Assembly: GCA_002269645.1 (NCBI GenBank)
Contig: NIVC01000544.1
Coordinates: 186,001-250,000, forward strand
Source: Macrostomum lignano
Lineage: Eukaryota
Length of the DNA: 64,000 nucleotides
Direction: 5' to 3'
The first letter of the stretch is position 1. Every line of letters begins with the position of its first letter. The notes beneath the pieces were generated by a model that was not told where the DNA came from, did no database searches, and saw only the letters and a program-made list of their open reading frames with translations. Both the position numbers and the translations under genes were made by a program. Shown here in pieces: positions 12,244 to 24,820 of the stretch.

Positions 12244-14137
12244 TTACTCGACTTCACCCAGCAACGGCCTGTGATACAGACTAACCCGTTTAGCCGTATA
12301 CAACGAGTGCAATGCAAATCTTTGCATATCGACCGTCTTAAAACCGTTTCTTAATCCGAGTCTAATCAGCGGCAGAGATGCCCGCAGAATGGGGGCCACC
12401 TCCTCTGTCGGCAGTGCATCAAGCTGGGACACTGTCAGCCAATCAACCTTGGAAATCTCATCTGGACACGGCTTCAACTCGCCTCGCCGCTGTCCATCAA
12501 GACTCAGTCGGCACAGCACATAAAAATCTGACCGATTAAAAGCCATCGGATGCCAGTGATGATGACGAAAGGCCAGCACAGACTCGAATCGCGCCGCGAT
12601 GCCGGTTTCTTCCGCGACTTCGCGAACAGCCGCGTCGCCAATTTCTTCGCCTAGATCGGCGACACCGCCTGGTAGTTTCCATGGCGACTGGTGAGGCTTC
12701 TTGGTCTGGGCGCCCTGCGAGAGAGGCAATGATGACTGAATGACTTACCTGTGAAAGAAACCATTAAGCAAAATTAACGCAATTTGGGGTAAACGGCAGG
12801 AGTAACTATGACTGTCTTATAAAGGCAAAATGCTTTGTCATCTAATTAGTACTACGTCTATTCTTTGGGGTGGGCATTTTTGCGACTTACCCTTGGTTGG
12901 CCGCCAAATCGGTCGGCCGGATCGGCCGACTGTTGCGCATGTATGGCACTATTACGCCCGTAGTGGCAAACATTAAAATAGAAATTATAATTTATCTCTA
13001 ACCTGTTTAGGCGGCAACCGATGCTCGCGGACGCACAGCAACGAATCGCCATCAATGAGCAAGCCTGCAACCCCGAGCTGATGCGTGCCAAACCGAGGCA
13101 CTTTACTTGGCCGTCCTGGCCTCAGCCATTTCACCAGAGTCGCGTAGTAGCCTTCGGCGTGATGATAACGGAAGCCGTCGACAGCCAGATGTGTAGTTAA
13201 ACTGCTCAGATGGAGAGGCACTCGAACCCAGGCTGCCGGAGCTACTGTTAAACTGTTAGAGACCGCGTCTGGCTTGTGATGGTAAGAAATAAGGTCGACC
13301 TTTTGTACTTTGTTGTTCATCATCACAAATTTTTATTAAACGATTTTCTTTAATGATCTTTGAGTTCATTTATATTTTTTTACAAAATTAATAATAATAA
13401 TAATAATAATTGATTACACCTGCCCCAATTCGGCAAGATGTGCAAACGACAGTTCTGAATGCTGCGTACGGCTGTTCAGCAAGTACTTCGGCTGGGGGGT
13501 CGCCACACACGCCCTCAATTACCCCAACCCCCTCGGGGTAGCCTAGTGGTTAGAGCGTCAAGGGCCCACTCGGAACAATCTGTGTCCTTGAGCACCACGT
13601 ACACTTAACTCTTGCATTGCTTCAGTTCACCCAGCTGTAATATGGGTGCCAGCATTAGCTGGGGTAATTGAAGGTCTGTGTGGCGACCCCCCCCCCCAGT
13701 CATTGGACTGAACAGCCGTACGCAGCCTTCAGACCTTCAGGCTACACAACTGGCCCAATTGGGGCAGGTGTAATCAATTATTATTATTATTATTATTATT
13801 ACACCAAACTTCAACTACGTATGAATATCACGTAGGTAGAATTAACAGGCGATAGTGTTACAAAGTACACTTTAAATTTTGATAGCAACCACTTCGATGA
13901 ATACCCACCTCTTATATGCTCCATAACTAGATCTTCATCAGTGCCCTCGTTAACAGCCGACAGGTCTAGCATAACGCCGCCATATCGATCCGTTGTCATA
14001 GCAACACCAGAAGCGTACGTTAACAACCGTTTGTTATAATTGCTATTGCTAACAGCTACAGGTGTTGACTGTGCAAGTCTTGTTAGAAAATTTGCAGATC
14101 CAATAAGTCTGCAGCAACGCAGCATCAGACTGTGCAT
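12244..14137 (-). CDS. NUDT6: Nudix hydrolase 6 ortholog with a mitochondrial-type presequence
   Basis: Exons 14137-13909, 13268-13003, optional 39-nt 12929-12891, and 12714-12244, phases consistent. Motifs DRYGGV, AWVRVP, GFRYHHAEG, WKLPGG..D.GEEI..AAVREVAEETG (Nudix box), FRHHH, SDFYVLCRL. Confidence 0.92.
13388..13801. mobile_element. Two SINE copies head-to-head in NUDT6 intron 1
   Basis: Left arm aataataattgattacacctgccccaatt is the reverse complement of right arm aattggggcaggtgtaatcaattattatt. Central tRNA head gggtagcctagtggttagagcg and core cttcagttcacccagctgtaatatgggtgcc. Confidence 0.8.
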
Positions 14138-14276
14138 CTTTCCGAGCCCTTTTGACTGATTTAAAGCAGCATGCAGTGATGAAAAAGGGAATTTTGTAGC
14201 TTTTGTAGAGTTACGTCACGTGTTAAGCAAATTGTAGGACAACTGGACTCTATGGACTGTGTATGCAGACTAGCTT

Positions 14277-14992
14277 CAGACAGACAGACAGACAGAAAGA
14301 CAGGCACAAAGGCAGACAGACAGAACACACAAACAAGACATAGACGGACAGAGACAAGATACAGACAGACAGACAGACAGGCACAAAGACCGACAGACAA
14401 AACACACAAACAAGACATAGACACAGACAAGATACAGACAGACAGACAGACACAGGCAGACAGACACAGACACACAGACAAGACACAAGCAGACAGACAG
14501 ACAGACAAGACACAGGCAGACAGACAAGACAAGGACAGACACAGACAGACAGACAGACAAGACACAGACAGACAGACACAGACAGACAGACACAGACAGA
14601 CAGACAGACAGACAGACAAGACACAGACAGACATAGACAGACAGGACACAGACAGACGGACAGACAAGACACAGACAGACACAGACAAGACACAGGCAGA
14701 CAGACAGACAGACAAGACACAGACAGACACAGACAAGACACAGGCAGGCAGACAGACAGACAAGACACAGACAGACACAGACAAGACACAGGCAGACAGA
14801 CAGACAGACAAGACGCAGACAGACATAGACAAGACACAGGCAGACAGACAAGACACAGACAGACACACAAAGACAGACAGACAAGACACAGGCAGACAGA
14901 CAGACAGACAAGACATAGACAGACACACAAAGACAGACAGACAAGACACAGGCAGACAGACAGACACACAGACAAGACACAGAGACAGACAG
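14277..14992. repeat. Degenerate (ACAG)n microsatellite
   Basis: acag-based units between COA8 and NUDT6. Confidence 0.95.
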
Positions 14993-15175
14993 ATTTTAAA
15001 GCTTATGGTTAAACCTGGTGGAAGTTCTGTACAATCCATAATGAAGCACAAAAAAACAAAATGCCAACCAAAATCATTTACAGAATGCAATATACAATCA
15101 TGAATGTATTTTTGTTAAAATTGATTATTAACACACTTTGAGTATGCAGTAGTTGATACAGTTCAATGCGAAGTT

Positions 15176-15646
15176 CTACTTAGACATCCGCCTGGGTAAA
15201 TAAAGTTTAGCCTGAGCAACAAACAGCCCGAGCAGAGTTCGATACCACAATCGGTTAAACTCGTACTGACCCTGGCGAGTCTGCTCAAGAAACTGCCTAT
15301 AGAACTCGGCCATCTGGTCCGGCATCAGCTGCTCCTCGGGTGCAAACGCCAGCTCAGTTCGTTTGATAATCGAGAATCTGTCTTTAGCCAGCTTGAATGC
15401 CTGATTGTGCGCCGCCCAGTGCTTGTGGCAAAGGTCGAACGCGGCCAGGCGTTTATCGCGATAGCACCTGGCCTGGATGTCTCTTAACTCGTCACTGATT
15501 TTCACATCAACCGGCCGGATGCAAGATCGAGGATCTGGCGGGCCTACACTTTCCGATATGCGATTATTCGATCTCAAAGATGATGACGATGAAGAGGATA
15601 ACAAGCGGCGGCTAATGCTGCTTAGACAGACGCGACTCAACCTCAT
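15176..15646 (-). CDS. COA8: Cytochrome c oxidase assembly factor 8 (APOPT1), intronless
   Basis: Presequence MRLSRVCLSSISRRLL; GPPDPRSCIRP, HWAAHNQAFKLAKDRF, MAEFYRQFL, YEFNRLWY. First ATG at 15646. Confidence 0.88.
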   Translation of the reverse strand: MRLSRVCLSSISRRLLSSSSSSSLRSNNRISESVGPPDPRSCIRPVDVKISDELRDIQARCYRDKRLAAFDLCHKHWAAHNQAFKLAKDRFSIIKRTELAFAPEEQLMPDQMAEFYRQFLEQTRQGQYEFNRLWYRTLLGLFVAQAKLYLPRRMSK

Positions 15647-15804
15647 TGCCAGCAAGATTTGGAAAGAAACAGATCATTAGCTAAACTAATCATTAATATA
15701 TATATATATTGTTTGTAAGCTTTTGTCTATGGCCAAAAACATCTCATCCACAGAGAGTATTTTTAACACTTGAGACGAGCGTACGACAAGGGATAGAAAG
15801 TGTA

Positions 15805-15845
15805 ACACAGACAGACAAATTCACACTTTGACAGATGGACAGTCT

Positions 15846-15888
<43 letters not shown>

Positions 15889-16168
15889 CCTATGACAAAC
15901 AGACAGACAGACAGACCTATGACAGACAGACAGACAGACAGACCCTATGACAAACAGACAGACCTATGACAGACAGACAGACAGACCCTATGACAAACAG
16001 ACAGACCTATGACAGACAGACAGACAGACCCTATGACAAACAGACAGACCTATGACAGACAGACAGACAGACCCTATGACAAACAGACAGACCTATGACA
16101 GACAGACAGACAGACCCTATGACAAACAGACAGACCTATGACAGACAGACAGACAGACCCTATGACAA

Positions 16169-16210
<42 letters not shown>

Positions 16211-16220
16211 CCTATGACAA

Positions 16221-16292
<72 letters not shown>

Positions 16293-16357
16293 ACCCTATG
16301 ACAAACAGACAGACAGACAGACAGAGACAGACAGACAGACAGACAGACAGACCCTAT

Positions 16358-16388
<31 letters not shown>

Positions 16389-16398
16389 CCTATGACAA

Positions 16399-16444
<46 letters not shown>

Positions 16445-16458
16445 CCTATGACAAACAG

Positions 16459-16492
<34 letters not shown>

Positions 16493-16497
16493 CCTAT

Positions 16498-16536
<39 letters not shown>

Positions 16537-16564
16537 CCTATGACAAACAGACAGACAGACAGAC

Positions 16565-16607
<43 letters not shown>

Positions 16608-16710
16608 TACAGGCAGACAGACAGATAGACACAGGAACAACCAGACAGATAGATAGACAGATAGACAGACAGATACTGTGACAGTCAGGCAGACAGACAG
16701 ACGAGTTCAA
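15805..16710. repeat. (ACAG)n microsatellite punctuated by ccctatgacaa
   Basis: Visible tandem structure. Confidence 0.95.
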
Positions 16711-17552
16711 CTAGAAGAAAACTTACACTAAACAGTTCTACAGCTCTTAATCATAGTAAAAAAACTAATAAAAGTACATAATACGTAGACAAATGATTCA
16801 CTTTTACTGTATCTTAAAATAATAAATAAGCAAAGCGAAACATGCTGAAAATATAAGATGCGATTGAAAGAAAGATTCAAATAATTTATTGTCATTTATT
16901 TTAATGCAACGCAAAACTTCTATAAAAATTTGAACCGCTTTAAAAAATACATTCTAATTTTCTAATTTAAATTTGAAAAAGGAAAGATGTATGAGTCAAG
17001 ACACGCCAAAACTTGAAAATGATTTTATACTGTAAAAGTCATTATTAAGTAATGATTGTCCTGTATAAATATTTCACACAAATATTTCATTGGCTTGCAC
17101 TGTAACTTAGCTGGAAAAAACTTCAGCCTTTGAATGTTGCCGAGTATACACATATAATATAGCACCCTATCCAATAAAAAGGTATAACAAATACCGTTTA
17201 AAAATATTAAAACAATAAAATAGCCGAGTTGAGCAGAAATTGAAAGCAGGCGCTGTGCGAATTAATCAATAAGTGGAACTTAATATTGCCTATGTACATA
17301 AGTAAAACATCAAAAAAATGAGTAAACATCTATTTTTAATTAAATTGTCAAGTCAAGGCAAAGGCGATTGAATAATAAAAAACAAAGCTTTTAAATAATC
17401 AGCACAAAACGCACTCTCTTACACACGCTCAGTTCAAAAGTTAGAAACAAAAAACACAGTACGAGCGTAGGTATGGCGCATGGCTCAAAACTAGTGAATT
17501 TCAATTAGTGGGGGTGGGCTGAGTGCATATAAGAAAGGAGCGCGTGAATAAG

Positions 17553-18030
17553 GATTGAAGAGCCAATCAGAAGGCAGCGAGGGAGAGAGATAAGAATAAC
17601 AAGACTGAACTGGACTAAGGGAGAGAAAAACAGAGTAAAAAGAGACGATGGGGGTGGAGCGCGCGACTGAGGAAACAGGCGAGATTGAAGAGCCAATCAG
17701 AAGGCAGCGAGGGAGAGAGATAAGAATAACAAGACTGAACTGGACTAAGGGAGAGAAAAACAGAGTAAAAAGAGACGATGGGGGTGGAGCGCGCGACTGA
17801 GGAAACAGGCGAGATTGAAGAGCCAATCAGAAGGCAGCGAGGGAGAGAGATAAGAATAACAAGACTGAACTGGACTAAGGGAGAGAAAAACAGAGTAAAA
17901 AGAAACGTTGGGGGTGGAGCGCGCGACTGAGGAAACAGGCGAGATTGAAGAGCCAATCAGAAGGCAGCGAGGGAGAGAGATAAGAATAACAAGACTGAAC
18001 TGGAAAGAGGGGAGAGAAAACAGAGCAAAC
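17553..18030. repeat. 130-bp tandem repeat, about 3.6 copies
   Basis: gattgaagagccaatcag recurs at 17553, 17683, 17813 and 17943. Confidence 0.93.
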
Positions 18031-18183
18031 ACAGATGAGCTGTAAAAATGACTAAAAAATTCGTGACATCGTGCACACCCGCCCCGAATGAAATGTATCG
18101 AACCAGCTGGAGTCGTGGCACTGATTAATTTTGTAATAACATTAGAAAATTGGCAATATTGAGCAGAGTCAAATAATAAGCAA

Positions 18184-19657
18184 TCAACTATTGTTCTTTC
18201 TCAAGTACAGCACCATTATAGCAGTGGTGGCAACCACGGAGCCGATGCTGAAACCGGCAAAAAAGATGGCGGCATGACCCCAGTGGCGTCTGGCCTCGCT
18301 AAAAATCCTAGCAGCCAGGCTAAGCACGCGACACCTGCCCAGATAGAGCAGAAAGTACTTTATTAGACGCAAACAATCGGCCTGGGGATTCTGGTTAATA
18401 GCCGATCGAAGCACACCAGGCAACAAGTGGGCTACAAAGAACTGGACCCGGACTAGGCCATTCAAGTCGTAGCTGCGGTGGAATTCCGTCTCTAGCTGGT
18501 TCACGAGGCGCGCGTACCTGAGCAATGGATAGAATGCATCCTATAGTAGAGCAAGTATTTTAAGAAAATGGCTGGGGTATCTGGGATGGTGGCCCAGCAA
18601 CTGAGAATCTGGGAGGCTGGCCCAGCAACTGAGGATCTGGAAGGCTGGCCCAGCAACTGAGGATCTGGAAGGCTGGCCCAGCAACTGAAGATCTGGGAGG
18701 CTGGTGGCCCAGCAACTGAGGATCTGGGAGGCTGGCCCAACAACTGAGGATCTGAGAGGCTGGCCCAGCGACTGAGGATCTGGGAGGCTGGCCCAGCGAC
18801 TGAGGATCTGGGAGGCTGGCCCAGCAACTGAGAATCTGGGATGGTGGCCCAGCAACTGAGTATCTGGGAGGCTGGCCCAGCAACTGAGGATCTGGAAGGC
18901 TGGCCCAGCAACTGAGGATCTGGGAGGCTGGCCCAGCAACTGAGGATCTGGAAGGCTGGCCCAGCAACTGAGGATCTGGGAGGCTGGCCCAGCAACTGAG
19001 GATCTGGGAGGCTGGCCCAGCGACTGAGGATCTGGGAGGCTGGCCCAACAACTGAGGATCTGGAAGGCTGGCCCAGCAACTGGGGATCTGGAAGGCTGGC
19101 CCAGCAACTGAGGATCTGGAAGGCTGGCCCAGCAACTGAGGATCTGGAAGGCTGGCTCAGCAACTGAGGATCTGGAAGGCTGGCCCAGCAACTGGGGATC
19201 TGGAAGGCTGGCCCAGCAACTGAGGATCTGGAAGGCTGGCCCAGCAACTGGGGATCTGGAAGGCTGCCCTAAAAGTCTTGTGAACTCACGTGATTCGCTG
19301 CTGATTAAACTGATCAGCCAAGGTGCGCAACCGCCCAGCCTCCTGCGTGGAGGCAAAATCGGCGGCATACCGCCTGAGCTGCAGTCCGACATCGCTGTTT
19401 CGAAGGCTTGCCTGAGCTCTGTCCACAAAATCAGGCGGAGCGTTCACCGTTTCTTGGGCGGCCACGGTAGTGAGCGTGTTAATATTGATGTCTGGCACCT
19501 CTTGGGCTGCAGTGCTGGTCAGGAGACCAGTGGTGGCTTCTAGCACGTGCTGCTCAACAGGGTTGAGCTCGTTATAATCGTACTCTGGCACCGTTGGAAC
19601 AGTCTGGTCCGCTTCCTCTTCTGCTACGTAGGACTGCTGAGTGGATTTCTTTTCCAT
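18184..19657 (-). CDS. Divergent Bcl-2-family (Bax-like) protein A with C-terminal TM anchor
   Basis: Exons 19657-19290 and 18517-18184 (phase 2). BH3-like VGLQLRRYAADF; core LETEFHRSYDLNGLVRVQFFVAHLL; tail anchor followed by RKNNS. Aligns by eye with paralog B. Confidence 0.65.
18575..19268. repeat. 28-bp minisatellite (tgggaggctggcccagcaactgaggatc), array 1, in the gene A intron
   Basis: About 24 units; same unit found at four other sites. Confidence 0.95.
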
Positions 19658-19744
19658 AATTGTATTGCTGTTTATAGGCATTAAATACAATAGTTGTTGG
19701 CCTGAAAACTGGGATTCTATTTTATGACTTTAATCTGAGATCTC

Positions 19745-20692
19745 TGTCTGGATTGGGGATCTGGGATTTTAAGACTGGATTGGGGATATGGGATCTTAAG
19801 ACTGGATTAGGGATCTGGGATCTTAAGACTGGATTGGGGATCTGGGATTTTAAGACTGGATTAGGGATATGGGATCTTAAGACTGGATTAGGGATATGGG
19901 ATCTTAAGACTGTATTGGGGATATGGGATCTTAAGACTGGATTGGGGATCTGGGGCTCAGTCTGTATTTGAGATCTGGGATCTCAAGACTGGATTGGGGA
20001 TCTGGGATTTTAAGACTGGATTGAGGATCTGGGATCTCAGTCTGGATTGGGGATCTGGGATCTTAAGACTTTATTGGGGATATGGGATCTTAAGACTGGA
20101 TTGGGGATATGGGATCTTAAGACTGGATTGGGGATATGGGATCTTAAGACTGGATTGGGGATATGGGATCTTAAGACTGTATTGAGATGGGATTGTAAGA
20201 CTGTATTAGGGATATGGGATCTTAAGACTGTATTGGAGATGGGATCTTAAGACTGTATTGGGGATCTGGGATCTCAGTCTGGATTGGGGATCTGGGATCT
20301 TAAGACTGGATTGGGGATCTGGGATCTTAAGACTGTATTGTGGATCTGGGATCTCAGTCTGGATTGGGGATCTGGGATCTTAAGACTGGATTGGGGATCT
20401 GGGATCTTAAGACTGTATTGTGGATCTGGGATCTCAGTCTGGATTGGGGATCTGGGATCTTAAGACTGGATTGGGGTTCTGGGATCTTAAGACTGTATTG
20501 TGGATCTGGGATCTCAGTCTGGATTGGGGATCTGGGATCTTAAGACTGGATTGGGGTTCTGGGATCTTAAGACTGTATTGTGGATCTGGGATCTCAGTCT
20601 GGATTGGGGATCTGGGATCTTAAGACTGGATTTGGGATCTGGGATCTTAAGACTGAATTTGGGATCTGGGATTTGGGATCTTAGACTGTATT
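19745..20692. repeat. 27-bp minisatellite (gggatcttaagactggattggggatct) with an 80-bp higher-order unit
   Basis: Tandem units; 80-bp periodicity at ~20260-20620. Confidence 0.93.
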
Positions 20693-21264
20693 AAATTTGC
20701 AAACGTCAGATGCCGTAATACCTTTAAGCAAAAGCAAGAAAACCTCAATTGGTAAAGGTAAACGGCTGGAAAACAGATAGCTCGTTAACAGCAAAGAAAA
20801 CAATGACTTCTTTATATTTGTATTTTTTGCTCAGTTAAAAAGCAAATGAAAGTACAGAATAACATTTTTATTAAAATGTTAAAATTACTGACAGTAGCAA
20901 AAATTGCACTTTAGTAGCAAGAGAATTACATAATAAGTCAAATATACGCTCGTATATATTTGCACATGAAGGAAGTATAATATAAAAGTCAACTCATGAT
21001 CGTTAGCTCGTATAAATCATTTTGGCCGAGTTTTCGCACCAATTCAAAATTTTGGCAGATATTTAACAAATTCTGAATAGCAAAATTGAAAAAAAGTAAA
21101 AAAATACAAGTTACCCTGTTATTTGTTAGAACTAGATAAGTGACAAGTGGAAAAACAGATTAATTAATTAATAATTAAACTTGATTATAACAAAACTTTT
21201 AGCTTTTTTAAAAACTTGAATAAACATGCGATATGCGATAGCTTTGTAAAGTTCTGACTCAGAA

Positions 21265-21985
21265 TCTTTCTGACACACTCAAATGGCGCTTTCTGACACC
21301 TTCAACTGGAGCTTTCTGACACCTTCAACTGGAGCTTTCTGACACACTCAAATGGCGCTTTCTGACACCTTCAACTGGAGCTTTCTGACACACTCAAATG
21401 GCGCTTTCTGACACACTCAACTGGAGCTTTCTGACACACTCAAATGGCGCTTTCTGACACACTCAAATGGCGCTTTCTGACACCTTCAACTGGAGCTTTC
21501 TGACACACTCAAATGGCGCTTTCTGACACCTTCAACTGGAGCTTTCTGACACACTCAAATGGCGCTTTCTGACACATTCAAATAGAGCTTTCTGACACAC
21601 TCAAATGGCGCTTTCTGACACACACACGAATGGCGCTTTCTGAAACACGAATGGCGCTTTCTGACACAATCAAATGGCGCTTTCTGACACACTTAAATGA
21701 CGCTGATACACTCAAATGGCGCTTTCTGACACCTTAAAATGGCGCTTTCTGACACCTTCAAGCAACGTTTTCTGACACTAAAATGGCGCTTTCTGACACA
21801 CACTCAAAATGGCGCTTTCTGACACACACTCAAAATGGCGCTTTCTGACACACACTCAAAATGGCGCTTTCTGACACACACTCAAAATGGCGCTTTCTGA
21901 CACACACTCAAAATGGCGCTTTCTGACACACACTCAAAATGGCGCTTTCTGACACACACTCAAAATGACGCTTTCTGACACACTC
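21265..21985. repeat. ~23-bp minisatellite (ctttctgacacactcaaatggcg)
   Basis: About 30 tandem units directly 3' of gene B. Confidence 0.93.
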
Positions 21986-22095
21986 AAAATATATGGCGCT
22001 CTCTGTTTCGACTATAGCAGTCCATGCACCATGCCCGATGCCAAACAACAATATTGCCAGTATAATACCGATGAAAAGACAGTTTATAACCAACC

Positions 22096-23696
22096 TCACT
22101 TATCAATATTCCGCAGTACAAAATAGCCAACAACGGCGCAGGCGGCAGAAGCCACGGCAAGACCGGACAAAAAACCCAACAGAGCTTCCTGACGCCTCTG
22201 GCTAAGATTTCGAAACATATTAGCCAGAAACTTGATCAGGTTAGCCAGCAGATAGGTTAGGAAAGCAAACATGAGCTGTTTGCATAGATCCTTGAACACG
22301 GATTCGCCGCCTTCAAAGTAGGCACGCTGCAACAGCCTAGCAACAAAATGGAACAGAGCTACGAACGATTCCACATTGTAGCCGGAGTGGAACAGCTGTT
22401 CGAGAATGTCAGTGAAGCTATGGGGATTGCTAGACAGCTCCGATAGGTTCACGCTGGCGGCCAGCTGATCCGCCTGGGTGCCTTGGCGAGAGGCGCGGAA
22501 CTCGTCGGCGAGTCGGGACATCTCCTGCCCAAGGCTGCTGCTGCTCAGCTGGGTGCCCAGTGGGGACCGGAGCAGGTTGTTCACCTATAGAGTTTTTTGT
22601 TCATTGGTCGCGTGACACAAGAAGCTAATAAGAGTACAACTGGGAGGATTTGGGAGGCTGGTCCAGCAACTGAGGATCTGGGACGCTGGCCCAGCAACTT
22701 AGGATCTGGGAGGCTGGCCCAGCAACTGAGGATCTGGGAGGCTGGCCCAGCAACTGAGGATCTGGGAGGCTGGTGGCCCAGAAATTGAGGATTTGGGAGG
22801 CTGGTGCAGCAACTGAGGATCTGGGACGCTGGCCCAGCAACTGAGGATCTGGGAGGCTGGCCCAGCAACTGAGGATCTGGGAGGCTGGCCCAGAGACTGA
22901 AACTCTGGGAGGCTGGCCCAGTAACTGAAGATCTGGGAGGCTGGTGGCCCAGCAACTGAGGATCTGGGAGGCTGGCCCAGCAACTGAGGATCTGGGAGGC
23001 TGGCCCAGCAACTGAGGATCTGGGAGGCTGGCCCAGCAACTGGGGATCTGGGATGCAGGCCCAGCAACTTAGGATCTGGGAGGCTGGCCCAGCAACTGAG
23101 GATCTGGGAGGCTGGTGGCCCAGAAATTGAGGATTTGGGAGGCTGGCCCAGCAACTGAGGATCTGGGAGGCTGGCCCAGAGACTGAAACTCTGGGAGGCT
23201 GGCCCAGTAACTGAAGATCTTGGATGCTGGTGGCCCAGAAATTGAGGATCTGGGAGGCTGACTCAGCAACTGGGGATCTGGAAGGCTGGCCCAGCAACAG
23301 AGGATTTGGGAGGCTGGCCCAGCAACTGGGGATCTGGGAGGCTGGCCCAGCAACTGAGGATCTGGGATTCTGGCTCAATACTAAGGATCTGGGAGGTGTG
23401 GCGGTTGGCTAACACGCAGATATCATCATTCAACTAGGTTGTCAGGTCACCTCGTTAGAGTCGCCCAGCAGCTCCCTGCTTGCAGACTCCGCCACAGCCT
23501 CGGCCTCGTGATTGACATCCGGCGGCAGCGGCATGTTCTCCAGATTGTAGCGGAGCAAATCGTAGCTCATGCTGAACGCGGTTCGCTCCTCGGTTTCTAA
23601 ATTTTCGAAACTCGGCAATCTTGGAGTCGAAGTCTCCGACAGATTGACATCGCCGTGGCTCGTACCGGTTGCAGCCTCTTTCGAGTCTTTAACCAT
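22096..23696 (-). CDS. Divergent Bcl-2-family (Bax-like) protein B with C-terminal TM anchor
   Basis: Exons 23696-23451 and 22584-22096 (phase 0). BH3-like LGQEMSRLADEF; FTDILEQLFHSGYNVESFVALFHFVARLLQRA; TM GFLSGLAVASAACAVVGYFVL followed by RNIDK. Confidence 0.72.
22640..23395. repeat. 28-bp minisatellite, array 2, in the gene B intron
   Basis: Same unit as 18575-19268. Confidence 0.95.
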
Positions 23697-23874
23697 TGCT
23701 CTACTTAATAATTAATTAATTAATGCTTCTAATGTGTTTTACGCTGAAGTGTCAGCAAAGGGAACAGTAGAAGTTTAATTTGAATTTTATATTAATATAA
23801 AAAAATATATATATGTGCCATCGATATTAGCTACTTGTAGTACTAGGATGTGCAAACGTGCTAACATAGTTCAG

Positions 23875-24820
23875 ATCTTGGTGAAAAGAATTTTGGAGGA
23901 GAATCTCGGTGGGGGAATCTTGATGGGGGAGTTTTGGTGGAGAGAATCTTGGTGGGGGGATCTTGATGGGGGAATCTTGATGGGTGAATCTTGGTGGAGA
24001 GAATCTTGGTGGAGAGAAGCTTGGTGAAGAATCCTTGTGGGGACATTTTTAGTGAGAAGAGTCTTGGTGCGAGAATCTTGGTGGTTAGTTGTGGTGGGGG
24101 AATATTGGGGCAGAGAATCTTGATGGCTAGTTTTGGTGGGGGAATATTGGGAGAGAGAATCTTGATGGGTAGTTTTGGTGGGGGAATATTGGGAGAGAGA
24201 ATCTTGATGGGTAGTTTTGGTGGGGGAATATTGGGGGAGAGAATCTTGGTGGGTAGTTTTGGTGGGGGAATATTGGGGGAGAGAATCTTGGTGGGTAGTT
24301 TTGGTGGGGGAATATTGGGGGAGAGAATCTTGATGGGTAGTTTTGGTGGGGGAATATTGGGAGAGAATCTTGGTGGGTAGTTTTGGTGGGGGAATATTGG
24401 GAGAGAGAATCTTGATGGGGAGAATCTTGGTGGGGAGAGTCTTGGTGGGGAGAGTCTTGGCGGGGGAGAATCTTGGTGGGGAGAGTCTTGGTGGGGGAGA
24501 ATCTTGGTGGGGAGAGTCTTGGTGGGGAGAATCTTGGTGGGGAGAGTCTTGGTGGGGAGAGTCTTGGTGGGGGAGAGTCTTGGTGGGGAGAATCTTGTTG
24601 GGGAGAGTCTTGGTGGGGGAGAGTCTTGGTGGGGAGTGTCTTGGTGGGGGAGAATCTTGGTGGGTAGAGTCTTGGTGGGGAGAGTCTTGGTGGGGGAGAA
24701 TCTTGGTGGGGAGAATCTTGGTGGGGAGAGTCTTGGTGGGGAGAGTCTTGGTGGGGAGAGTCTTGGTGGGGGAGAATCTTGGTGGGGAGAATCTTGGTGG
24801 GGAGAATCTTGGTGAATTCT
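23875..24820. repeat. G-rich compound minisatellite (42-bp units, then 15-16-bp gagaatcttggtggg units)
   Basis: Tandem units visible; related array at 27555-27930. Confidence 0.92.

Noticed and set aside
14161-16710. Cys/Val/Leu-rich and QTDR-repeat ORFs
   Set aside because: Products of (ACAG)n microsatellites.
18501-23412. Multiple LLGQPPRSSVAGPASQ ORFs (also at 43-47 kb)
   Set aside because: Translations of the 28-bp minisatellite; the unit length is not a multiple of 3.
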